NCBI GenBank assembly: GCA_965218895.1
Contig: CBDCMI010000007.1
Coordinates: forward strand, 136,025-200,024
Source: Acidobacteriaceae bacterium
GTDB lineage: Bacteria > Acidobacteriota > Terriglobia > Terriglobales > Acidobacteriaceae
DNA: 64,000 bases
Reading direction: 5' to 3'
The notes under the pieces are model-generated. The model was not told the origin of the DNA. It did not search any database and saw only the letters and a list, made by a program, of their open reading frames with translations. The translations under genes were made by a program, and so were the position numbers. Positions 1 through 8,640 of the stretch are shown piece by piece (within the stretch, counting starts at the first letter, position 1; each line of letters opens with the position of its first letter).

Positions 1-1
1 A

Positions 2-730
2 GATATTCTCCAGCAGCTTCGTCATCTCCGCCACGCGCGTCGTCGAAACCCGCACCGCCCGCGTAAAGATCGCCTCGTACAGCGTCGCCGCCAACTCCGT
101 CGCAATCTCCTCGTGCCCACCCACCACCTTTGGAATATTGTGCCGCGCAACCGTCGTATTCCCCGGGTCCTCGCGCTCCGGCGAAAACGCCACATAAAAC
201 ACACCACCCTCCGCCGCCTCGCCCTTACCCTGCACCTTCAACCCCTGCCGATTCTCCGCCTCCAAAATCGGAATCAGCACATCCTCCGTCGTCCCCGGGT
301 ACGTCGTGCTCTCCAGCACCACCAACTGCCCCGCCTCAATCCACGGCGCAATCGCATGCGCCGTGTTCTCGATATAGCTCATGTCCGGCTCGCGATGCCC
401 CGTCAGCGGCGTCGGCACGCACAGAATCACCGCGTCCATCTCACTCAGCTTCGCAAACTCCGTCGTCGCCTGAAATCCCTGCCCCCGCGCCGTCTGAATC
501 TCCGTCTCCGGAATCCGAAAGATATACGATCGCCCCGCCGTCAGCTCCGCAACCTTGCGCTCGTCAATGTCGAACCCCGTCACCGGAAACCCCGCCTCCG
601 ACAGCAACAAACTCAGCGGCAGCCCCACATAGCCCAACCCAATCACGCCCACCTTCGCCGTGCGGCTCTTCAAACGGTCCATGCGGGCAGCAGCAAGCTG
701 CGGAAGGGTCTCAGGGCTGGCAGTCAACAT
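2..730 (-). CDS. Nucleotide-sugar dehydrogenase (UDP-GlcNAc/UDP-glucose dehydrogenase family), partial, runs off the left edge
   Basis: Hand translation from ATG at 730: MLTASPETLPQLAAARMDRLKSRTAKVGVIGLGYVGLPL (Rossmann GxGxxG), later ICVPTPL and VVLESTTYPGTT motifs. Not in the ORF track because the stop lies outside the window. Confidence 0.9.
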   Translation of the reverse strand, partial: MLTASPETLPQLAAARMDRLKSRTAKVGVIGLGYVGLPLSLLLSEAGFPVTGFDIDERKVAELTAGRSYIFRIPETEIQTARGQGFQATTEFAKLSEMDAVILCVPTPLTGHREPDMSYIENTAHAIAPWIEAGQLVVLESTTYPGTTEDVLIPILEAENRQGLKVQGKGEAAEGGVFYVAFSPEREDPGNTTVARHNIPKVVGGHEEIATELAATLYEAIFTRAVRVSTTRVAEMTKLLENI

Positions 731-959
731 GCCGCTAGTATGCACCGCACCCCCTCCCCGCCCCTAACACATTCGTCGTAGAATCGCCTCACCTGTCACA
801 CCCTGCCGCTCTTCCCCGTGCCCCCTTTCGCACGCCCATGCACCCCGCCCCGCACACCCCCGGAAGTTGCATTGCCCTCCGGTTTCCACCCCCGCATAAC
901 AGATCCTGACGCCACACCACCTCGCTTCCGGCCCGCACTCCCAGGAGACCTCCCGCACC

Positions 960-1931
960 ATGGCCCGCTATCTCATCACCGGCATCGCCGGCTTCATCGG
1001 CTCCTCCATCGCCCACGCCCTAGTCCAGCAAGGACACACCGTCGCCGGCATCGACAACCTCTCCACCGGCCGCCTCGAAAACCTCGCCTCCATCCGCCGC
1101 GACATCGACTTCCAGCTCGCCGACCTCCGCGACCTCCCCGCCATGCAACGCGCCTGCCAGGGCCAGGACTTCGTCATCCACCAGGCCGCCCTCGCCAGCG
1201 TCCCACGCTCCGTCAAAGACCCCCTCACCTCCCACGACTCCAACATCAACGGCACCCTCAACCTCCTCCTCGCCGCCCGCGACGCCAACGTCCAGCGCGT
1301 CGTCTACGCCGCCAGCTCCTCCGCCTACGGCGACCAGCCCACCCAGCCCAAGCACGAGGACATGATCCCCAACCCGCTCTCCCCCTACGCCGTCCAGAAA
1401 CTCACCGGCGAGCTCTACCTCCAGGCCTTCTGCCGCGTCTATGGCATGCAAGGCGTCTGCCTCCGCTACTTCAACATCTTCGGCCCCCGCCAGGCCGCCG
1501 ACTCGCCCTACTCCGGCGTCATCGCCCACTTCATCTACAAAATGATGGCCGGCGAAACCCCCACGATTAACGGCGACGGCTCCACCTCCCGCGACTTCAC
1601 CTTCGTCGCCAACGCCGTCCAGGCCAACCTCCTCGCCTGCCAGGCACCCGGCTCCGTCGCCACCGGCCGCGTCCTCAACGTCGGCACCGGCCACTCCCAC
1701 ACCCTGCTCGACCTCTACTCGACCCTCGCCGAGATCCTCAACTTCCCCCACCCACCCAACTTCGGCCCACCCCGCGCCGGCGACATCGCCCACTCCCTAG
1801 CCCAAATCTCCCGCGCCCGCACCGAACTCAACTACACCCCCATGCAAGACTTCCGCCAAGGCCTCGAGCAAACCGTAGCCTGGTACCAAACCGAACACGA
1901 GAAACAAGCCTCCGCCACCACCGCCGTCTGA
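960..1931 (+). CDS. NAD-dependent nucleotide-sugar epimerase (extended SDR, UDP-Glc/GlcNAc 4-epimerase-like)
   Basis: ITGIAGFIGS, HQAALASVPRS, YAVQK (YxxxK), LRYFNIFGPRQ; GGAG RBS upstream. Confidence 0.92.
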   Translation: MARYLITGIAGFIGSSIAHALVQQGHTVAGIDNLSTGRLENLASIRRDIDFQLADLRDLPAMQRACQGQDFVIHQAALASVPRSVKDPLTSHDSNINGTLNLLLAARDANVQRVVYAASSSAYGDQPTQPKHEDMIPNPLSPYAVQKLTGELYLQAFCRVYGMQGVCLRYFNIFGPRQAADSPYSGVIAHFIYKMMAGETPTINGDGSTSRDFTFVANAVQANLLACQAPGSVATGRVLNVGTGHSHTLLDLYSTLAEILNFPHPPNFGPPRAGDIAHSLAQISRARTELNYTPMQDFRQGLEQTVAWYQTEHEKQASATTAV

Positions 1932-1938
1932 GACAGGC

Positions 1939-2637
1939 TTACTTAGGCGTGGCCTCGACACAAGTGACAGCCGGTTCACTTCCAGCAAGATCGTGGTAGC
2001 TGTAAATGCTCATCTCCGTCGAACCCGGCTTCGGCGGCGAACTCAGGCTGTGCGCTTGCATTACCCAAAATCCGTGCCCCTTCATCTTCACCACGGCATC
2101 GGCAATCTGAGGTGGAGTTACATTCCTTAGTTTGGGCAGGTGGAGGTGTTCATCGTCAAGGCTGCCCAGGTAACTTCCAAAATAGCCACCGGCGCCCTCA
2201 ATTACAGCTTGGATCCAATCCGTAATCGTGGCCCCAATGCCGCCCATCGTATCCAGACTCGAAGCAAACCAGGGAAAAACATAAGCCAACGTCTTCCGCT
2301 CGCCTGGGCTCAGATCAGGTGCGGAAATCCGATACACCCCGTCCACGCTGGACAGCTCGTAACCCGTACCCTCGATGCTCGCCCGCAGAGCCTCCGGTAC
2401 GCTCTTCCCTCGAACATCGTAGGTATGCTCTCGTCCACACAGCAAAGGTCGAACCCCTAAAACAACTCCTAGCGGAACCTTGTTCGCCATCGCGATTCGT
2501 ACAAGTGCTTGTAAGGCATTCGACTGTCCGACGGCATACTTGCTGAGTTCAAGCGGGGTAACCTGCGGACGACTCTCCCTGCCGCAAACTAAAGCGGAGA
2601 GAATGATCAGTACTTGGCAACCCTTGCGAAGCAACAC
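1939..2637 (-). CDS. Exported hypothetical protein, STN-like N-terminal segments
   Basis: GTG start at 2637 with GGAGA RBS; signal-like VLIILSALVCG; NALQALVRIAMANKVPLGV and SVPEALRASIEGTGYELSSVDGVYRI resemble STN helix-strand units (inference). Confidence 0.6.
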   Translation of the reverse strand: MLLRKGCQVLIILSALVCGRESRPQVTPLELSKYAVGQSNALQALVRIAMANKVPLGVVLGVRPLLCGREHTYDVRGKSVPEALRASIEGTGYELSSVDGVYRISAPDLSPGERKTLAYVFPWFASSLDTMGGIGATITDWIQAVIEGAGGYFGSYLGSLDDEHLHLPKLRNVTPPQIADAVVKMKGHGFWVMQAHSLSSPPKPGSTEMSIYSYHDLAGSEPAVTCVEATPK

Positions 2638-2710
2638 ACCCCATCTCCAATCACGCCGCGGCCATAGTACTCCCGAGTAAGGACGGGCGGCCCACAACTC
2701 CCACGGATGC

Positions 2711-2742
2711 CCCACATCTCGCACCTGAGATATGGGTTCGCA
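2711..2742 (+). repeat. REP-like palindrome, copy 1
   Basis: CCCACATCTC-gcacct-GAGATATGGG hairpin; 25/32 identical to 4994..5025 by hand alignment. Confidence 0.7.
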
Positions 2743-2771
2743 GCTCCCTCGCCACACACAGGCACTCTCCC

Positions 2772-4142
2772 TTGCCACACCTCCCGCATACACCCTACAA
2801 TCCCGCCATCACCGCACCCCACCCATCACTCCAGGAGAGATTGCCGGTTTTATCGTGCAGCGACGGCGCTTTCGATGTCTTCGAGGCCCAGCCGCAAACC
2901 CAAGCCTGGACGGCATCGCGCACCCTCTGCTACTGGACCACGGTCGGCGACAACACCACCATGATCTCATCATGGAACTACAGTGCCGCCGCGCAGGATT
3001 TGCTGCTGAAATTCTTCTTCGAAGGTGGCAGCTATCGACTGCCTGTGCACCTCGAACCCGGCGCGGACCTTGAACTCGATTTGGCCACCCTCATCAGAAC
3101 CCAGAAACCCAACGATCAGGGTGCGGTCATTCGCAGCAATCTAACTAAAGGCAGCGCCATCCTTTCGGCGGCAGAAAGCGAACGAACCCACATCGAGATC
3201 GCCTCCAGCACCGCCACTTTCAACGTTCGCAACGACACCTGCACGCCGCAGTGCGCGGTCTGCAACGGCGTGGCATCCACGGCGTTATTGCCAGCACCGA
3301 TCAACCTACCGGTAAGTGGCTCTATTCAGGGCACAGCCAAGTTCACGTACAACACTGGTTACTCATATCAGCTAACTACGGGAGCGCACTGGAGTGGAAC
3401 GTCAACCGCTTCGGCCGCATTGTCCGGACTGATCACAGGCCTGCAGCCTGAGCAAACGAGCATCGGTTTCTACAATGACGATGTATTTTACGAAAGCAAC
3501 TACTGCACTACCGGTACGTTCAATTGCCCTAGCGGGTTCGTCCAAGGAGGAGGACCTGTGACTGTAAGCAATTGTCCTGTACCAAGTGGCGAGACGACTG
3601 TTTACGTGCGGCAGACTCTGGTTGACGACTCCGCCCCGACAGCTAGCGACTTTCTGCAGACCCTTGATCTACCAACAACTAACTTCAATGGTGGATGGGT
3701 CGTTGAAGCAGAGGGTACGACCGGTTCTGATAGCTGCTGTAGTGCCGCTATTCCGAATAATCCTTACGGCGCATTTACCAACTTAGCTCCTCCGGGTTCG
3801 CCGTCGGCGAAGCATACGTGGTATGTCGGAAGTGTCACACCAGGAAATCCTGAGTCACAAGTGGTCAATCCCAAGAGTGATCAGTGGGGAGCCGATGAGA
3901 TCGGATACGTTCCAGGCGCCGTGAGCTTTTATCAGCAGAACAGGCCCAAGCTTAAGTTGTCACTACCTTATGGCTTCCGCGTTTACCAAAACCTTACCTT
4001 TTCATGCGCTGCCGCTGCGCCGACACTAGGGGTTGCATATCAACTCAATGTGCTAACTTCTACTATCGACTCAACAGGAATCACGAATTGTAGGGGCGTT
4101 AACGCAAGTGTTTGCTCGCCACACTACTCCTTTCAGCATTGA
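2772..4142 (+). CDS. Cys-rich, Ser/Thr/Gly-rich hypothetical protein with an Ig-like segment; probably the 5'-truncated C-terminal part of a larger exported protein
   Basis: 456-aa ORF. The first ~30 codons are C-rich host-like sequence with no signal peptide. Contains TCTPQCAVCNG, a Big_2-like WSGTSTASAALSGLITG segment and several further Cys. Confidence 0.6.
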   Translation: MPHLPHTPYNPAITAPHPSLQERLPVLSCSDGAFDVFEAQPQTQAWTASRTLCYWTTVGDNTTMISSWNYSAAAQDLLLKFFFEGGSYRLPVHLEPGADLELDLATLIRTQKPNDQGAVIRSNLTKGSAILSAAESERTHIEIASSTATFNVRNDTCTPQCAVCNGVASTALLPAPINLPVSGSIQGTAKFTYNTGYSYQLTTGAHWSGTSTASAALSGLITGLQPEQTSIGFYNDDVFYESNYCTTGTFNCPSGFVQGGGPVTVSNCPVPSGETTVYVRQTLVDDSAPTASDFLQTLDLPTTNFNGGWVVEAEGTTGSDSCCSAAIPNNPYGAFTNLAPPGSPSAKHTWYVGSVTPGNPESQVVNPKSDQWGADEIGYVPGAVSFYQQNRPKLKLSLPYGFRVYQNLTFSCAAAAPTLGVAYQLNVLTSTIDSTGITNCRGVNASVCSPHYSFQH

Positions 4143-4154
4143 GGTGGACCCGAC

Positions 4155-4958
4155 ATGAAGGGCGCTCTGTTCGCAACTAGCATTGCTTGTCTGGCGTTGT
4201 CTTGTTCAGGCAACGCTTGTTCCCTGGCGGCGGTCGTCAGGGGTGGGGAAGTGGTGCTTACCGTTTATGACTATTCTCCGCTGCGCGAGGCTTTGGAATG
4301 GGTCAGAGCCAAATATGGATGGCCGGTCAACTACGAAGATCCTATTTACCGGGAACAGGATCTCCTTGACGTCGCGGCAAAGGAGTGGCGGCGAGACCAT
4401 CCGGGAGAGCGGGGGTACTATGTGCCACGGCCGACCTCTTTTACAGTGCGATTTCCCGAGCCAGGCAAGGGCAGACAGGACGAGGCGAAGACACTGCTGT
4501 CTCTGGTGGAGCAGTACAACTCTTCGCAAACTGTGGTTCGGGCGGTGTTGGTTCAGGAATCAGGTAAGCGGTACACGGTGTTCGCGGAAGATGCATACCG
4601 GGGTGCCGGAGGCGCTGCCGGATCGTTAATTCACATCACTGACGTACCAGGGGCGGGGCCGACGACGGAGTCTGCAAAAATTCTCCAAGCGTGTTCTCAG
4701 CAAAGCCCGATGCCCTTTGTCTTCGGCACATTAAACCCCAATTTGCTTACCCAGGCTGTCCAGCCGAGGCACGAACGAGAGACGTGCCGGCACACTCTGG
4801 AACGACTGGTCGACGGGGTAGGACCTACCGCGATATATGAACTTCGTGCGGACCCGACGGATCGCGAGATGGTGTTGAACATCATGGGGGAGAGCGAGCG
4901 CGATGCCAGTGGGGATTGTCCGGTTGGGATGGTGCCACAGAGTCCGCTGAAGCCGTGA
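4155..4958 (+). CDS. Exported hypothetical protein, STN-like segment; partner of the upstream ORF
   Basis: GAGGTGG RBS, 12 nt after the upstream stop; signal peptide MKGALFATSIACLALSC; PLREALEWVRAKYGWPVNYEDP. Confidence 0.7.
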   Translation: MKGALFATSIACLALSCSGNACSLAAVVRGGEVVLTVYDYSPLREALEWVRAKYGWPVNYEDPIYREQDLLDVAAKEWRRDHPGERGYYVPRPTSFTVRFPEPGKGRQDEAKTLLSLVEQYNSSQTVVRAVLVQESGKRYTVFAEDAYRGAGGAAGSLIHITDVPGAGPTTESAKILQACSQQSPMPFVFGTLNPNLLTQAVQPRHERETCRHTLERLVDGVGPTAIYELRADPTDREMVLNIMGESERDASGDCPVGMVPQSPLKP

Positions 4959-4993
4959 GTTGTGCCTAGCCGATCGCATGATCCGCGTGGGAA

Positions 4994-5025
4994 TCCACGA
5001 CTCGCCTCTGAGATGTGGGTCCGCA
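4994..5025 (+). repeat. REP-like palindrome, copy 2 (degenerate)
   Basis: TCCACGACTCGCCTCTGAGATGTGGGTCCGCA, same orientation as 2711..2742. Confidence 0.65.
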
Positions 5026-5130
5026 AGCCGTCCCCACCCAGACCCGTGGCGCATCCACCCTCCCCGACGTCCTATCCTGAACCCAGCCACCGCAACGCCT
5101 GGACACCACCCTCCACTCAAGCGCGGTGGT

Positions 5131-5190
5131 ACCCCCGACCTAAGTCCCGTCTTTCGAAAACTTTGACAAAAAAGTACGGGGGGAATACCC
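5131..5190 (-). repeat. Dispersed intergenic repeat (poly-C, CAAAGT...TAGGTC), copy 1
   Basis: Reverse complement aligns to 40143..40197 (about 23/31 over the core). Confidence 0.5.
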
Positions 5191-5318
5191 CGCACCAGAT
5201 CGCCATCCGCAGCCATCGACCGCTCTCCCACCGCCACCTCCAACCGTCCCCCTCTTGACACCGCCGGAGGGCTCCGCTACCGTTCTCCCCTCACCCAAAA
5301 CACTCCCCGGAGTCCCCC

Positions 5319-6305
5319 ATGCCCCGCAGCGCCCGACACCTCTTCGTCCTCGGCCTCACCCTCCTCCTCGCCCTCCCCGCCGCCCTCGCCCAGGCCGCCC
5401 AGTACACCTCGGTCGTCGTCTTCGGCGACTCCCTCTCCGACACCGGCAACGACGCCACCCTCACCACCCTCAAGTACGGCGTCCCCGTCCCCGGTCCCAT
5501 CGCCGACTACACCCTCGGCCGCTTCACCGACGGCCCCGACACTCTACCCCCCGCTCGCAACTACATCGGCGTCTGGGTCGAGCAGCTCGCCGCCCTCCTC
5601 CCCGCCCACCCCGCCATCCGAAACTCCCTCGCCGGCGGCTCCAACTACGCCTTCGGCTTCGCCCTCACCGGCCCCGGCACCTCCACCCTCCCCCTTGGCT
5701 CCACCGGCCTCTCCATCTCCGTCCAAAACATCGGCTTGCAAATCTCCACCTACCTCGCCACCCGCCCCCACATCGACAGCCACACACTCTTCATCGTCTG
5801 GGGCGGTGCCAACGATGTCCTCACCGCCACCTCCTTCGGCACCGTCGGCACCGCCGCCGTTCAGGAGCTCGCCGGCATCCAGCGCCTCATCGCCGCCGGC
5901 GCGACCCAGTTCCTCATCCCCAATCTCCCCCCGCTCGGCGCCATCCCACGCCTCAACGCCTCCTACGCCATCTCGGTCCCGGCCACCGAAGCCTCCGCCT
6001 TCTTCAACGCGAACCTCGCCATCGGCCTCTCCGTCCTCCATGCCATCGCACCGCGCACCGTCATCCGCCAGCTCGACATCTTCTCCCTCTTTAAATCCGT
6101 CATCGCCTCCCCCTCCACCTACGCCCTTCTCAACGTCACCACCTCGTCCCAGGGCAAACCCGTGGACCCCGACTACTTCCTCTTCTGGGACGACCTCCAC
6201 CCCACCACCCGCGGCCACAACCTCATCGCGCTCAACGCCCTCAAGGTCCTCGACACTCCCGTCACGCCCCCGGCCAAAGCGCTCCTCACCCACACCGCGC
6301 GCTGA
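5319..6305 (+). CDS. Secreted SGNH/GDSL hydrolase
   Basis: Signal peptide; FGDSLSDTGN, GGAND, FWDDLHPT. Confidence 0.92.
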   Translation: MPRSARHLFVLGLTLLLALPAALAQAAQYTSVVVFGDSLSDTGNDATLTTLKYGVPVPGPIADYTLGRFTDGPDTLPPARNYIGVWVEQLAALLPAHPAIRNSLAGGSNYAFGFALTGPGTSTLPLGSTGLSISVQNIGLQISTYLATRPHIDSHTLFIVWGGANDVLTATSFGTVGTAAVQELAGIQRLIAAGATQFLIPNLPPLGAIPRLNASYAISVPATEASAFFNANLAIGLSVLHAIAPRTVIRQLDIFSLFKSVIASPSTYALLNVTTSSQGKPVDPDYFLFWDDLHPTTRGHNLIALNALKVLDTPVTPPAKALLTHTAR

Positions 6306-6313
6306 TCCAGGCG

Positions 6314-7207
6314 CTATGTCCGAGCCCGGTACACCCGCACCCAATCCACCAGCACCCGCTGCGGATAGGTCGTCGTAGCATCCACATTGCCCGGAAACGG
6401 CCCACCCATGTTCAGGTCCAGAATGATGTAGAACGGTTGATCAAACGGCCACTTCGGCACCCCCGTCCCCTCCTGCGGCTTACTCGCCAACACCTCAGCC
6501 TTCGTCACCGTCCCGTAAACCTTACCCGGGTCGTCCACATAGAACTTCACCTCGTCCGGCGACCAGAGGACCCCATACGTGTGCCACCCACCCCATCCCG
6601 CCGCGCGCGTCGCTCGCACGCCGATCCCCATACCCTTGTAGCCCGGCCCGTGCAGCGTCCCATAGATCTGCGTCAGGTTCTTCGCCCCGATGTACTCCAT
6701 GACGTCGATCTCGCCACTGGCCGGCCAGCCCACCTCGCCAATGTTCGTCCCCAGCATCCAAAAAGCCGGCCAAACCCCCTGCTGCCCTCCACCCTTCGGC
6801 AGCCACATCCGCGCCTCCACCCGGCCATACTTCGTGCTGTACAGAACCCTGCTCGTCTCCGTCCCGGCCGTCGTCCGTATCCGTCCGGTCGTCACACCAT
6901 TCGGTGCCCCAGCCGCCCGCCTCGCCTCCAACACCAGGTGCCCCGCCCCATCCAGAGACACATTCGGCTCCTTCGGATCGCATCCATCTGTCGCCTGCCC
7001 TAGCCCGCAGTCGTACGCCTGCCCCTTGTCCGGCGGCAATCCATAGTCAAACCCCCACCACCGTGCATCGGGCGCCGCTCCTGCAACCCCATCAAACTCG
7101 TCACTCCATGCCAAAGACCACCCGTCCGCCTGGCCGAATGAGTGTCCCCCACCCCAAAGCGCCAGAAGCACTCCTAAACCCAACATCTTTGACGCGAAAG
7201 AGTGCAT
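6314..7207 (-). CDS. Secreted glycoside hydrolase family 16 (laminarinase-like)
   Basis: WSDEFDG, GVWPAFWMLG, catalytic GEIDVME, VDWVRVY; ATG at 7207 with RBS. Confidence 0.92.
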   Translation of the reverse strand: MHSFASKMLGLGVLLALWGGGHSFGQADGWSLAWSDEFDGVAGAAPDARWWGFDYGLPPDKGQAYDCGLGQATDGCDPKEPNVSLDGAGHLVLEARRAAGAPNGVTTGRIRTTAGTETSRVLYSTKYGRVEARMWLPKGGGQQGVWPAFWMLGTNIGEVGWPASGEIDVMEYIGAKNLTQIYGTLHGPGYKGMGIGVRATRAAGWGGWHTYGVLWSPDEVKFYVDDPGKVYGTVTKAEVLASKPQEGTGVPKWPFDQPFYIILDLNMGGPFPGNVDATTTYPQRVLVDWVRVYRART

Positions 7208-7249
7208 GTCCCCTCTGCTAACTCGCACAAATCCCCACGGCTTTGCAGG

Positions 7250-8635
7250 TCATTGCGCGCCGCGCCGCCGCAGAATCGTCTTCACGGTCTCGAACATAAT
7301 CAGCAAATCCAGCCCCAGTGACATGTGCTTGATGTAGTACAAGTCATACTCCAGCTTCTCTTTAGCCTCCGCCAGCGTCGCCCCATACCCGTACCGCACC
7401 TGGGCCCACCCCGTCAGGCCCGGCCGGATCATGTGCCGCAGTTCGAAGAAAGGTATCTGCTCCGTCAACCAAGGCACAAACTCCGGACGCTCCGGACGCG
7501 GGCCCACAAAGCCCATATCGCCCTTTAATACGTTCCACAACTGGGGCACTTCATCGATGCGTGTCTTGCGCATAAACCGGCCCACGGGAGTCACACGAGG
7601 ATCATCCTTGCTTGCCCATTTCGCACCTGCTGCCTCGGCATCCGTACGCATGGTACGAAACTTAACAACCTGAAACTGCTTGCCTCCCATCCCCACTCTG
7701 GTCTGCCGGAAGAAGATGGGCCCCCTCGAGGACAGACGCACCGTTACCATCACAAAGGGCAGAAATGGCGCAAACAAGAGCAGACCCACAGCCGCTGCCA
7801 AGGTTGACACCAACCGTCGCATAATCTGTTGCGACGGCTTAACTCGAAAACCTTGACTATAGATGAAGTTCGAAGGACGCAAGCCATCAAGAAGCATCTT
7901 CCCCGATAACCGCTCCAGCAGGTCTGTCGCGTCCTCGATCAGAACTCCGTCGAATCGCAGCTGCAACAACTCGCGGACCGGCAACGCTCCGCGCCGGTCC
8001 TGCAACGCGATCACGACATGACCAAAGGTCAACTTACCCTTGCTGTCTCGAAAACGTCCCAGCGCACTCGCAAAGTCATCACGAGATCGCGCGTTCTCTT
8101 CGGTCTCTCGTCCTTCCCACCCTACAACCTCCATGCCGATGTCTTTACGGGAGGAGATGAGTGTCACAATATTCTCCGCCCTCTCTCCCGAGCCAAGCAC
8201 GTACACCCTCTCCCGAAACACCGGGCGAGCAATCACCCACTCGTAGATCATGCGCCAGATCACCAGAGCGCAGGTCAGGAATGCCAAGCCCAACAGAATA
8301 ACGGAGTGCGCAATGTCCACCGCGGGAAAGATCCAGGTCACCGCCGATAACAAAAAGGAAAGAAAGCCTAATACAAGCAGCAGGCGGAAATAAATCTCCC
8401 ACCTCTCAGAAATGCGAGATGGTTCATATAGATCGAAGTAGTAGGAAAATAGAAGTGTGAGAACCGTCAAGGTAAGGATCTTGAGCGCACCATACTCGTA
8501 GTTCAAGGCAATGTACGTATCCGGTCCGAGAACAAAGGTGGTCGCAAGCAAGAAGCTTCCACTAACAATCAAACCCTCTGTCAAGAGGAGAATGATGGTT
8601 CGGGTCGGGTAGTAGACATTGAACAGGCGAATCAT
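7250..8635 (-). CDS. Priming sugar transferase, XrtA/PEP-CTERM-associated (undecaprenyl-phosphate glycosylphosphotransferase)
   Basis: MIRLFNVY start, TM helices, KFRTM, DDPRVT, DEVPQLWNVLKGDM, PGLTGWAQV, YDLYYIK. Confidence 0.92.
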   Translation of the reverse strand: MIRLFNVYYPTRTIILLLTEGLIVSGSFLLATTFVLGPDTYIALNYEYGALKILTLTVLTLLFSYYFDLYEPSRISERWEIYFRLLLVLGFLSFLLSAVTWIFPAVDIAHSVILLGLAFLTCALVIWRMIYEWVIARPVFRERVYVLGSGERAENIVTLISSRKDIGMEVVGWEGRETEENARSRDDFASALGRFRDSKGKLTFGHVVIALQDRRGALPVRELLQLRFDGVLIEDATDLLERLSGKMLLDGLRPSNFIYSQGFRVKPSQQIMRRLVSTLAAAVGLLLFAPFLPFVMVTVRLSSRGPIFFRQTRVGMGGKQFQVVKFRTMRTDAEAAGAKWASKDDPRVTPVGRFMRKTRIDEVPQLWNVLKGDMGFVGPRPERPEFVPWLTEQIPFFELRHMIRPGLTGWAQVRYGYGATLAEAKEKLEYDLYYIKHMSLGLDLLIMFETVKTILRRRGAQ

Positions 8636-8640
8636 TGGCC

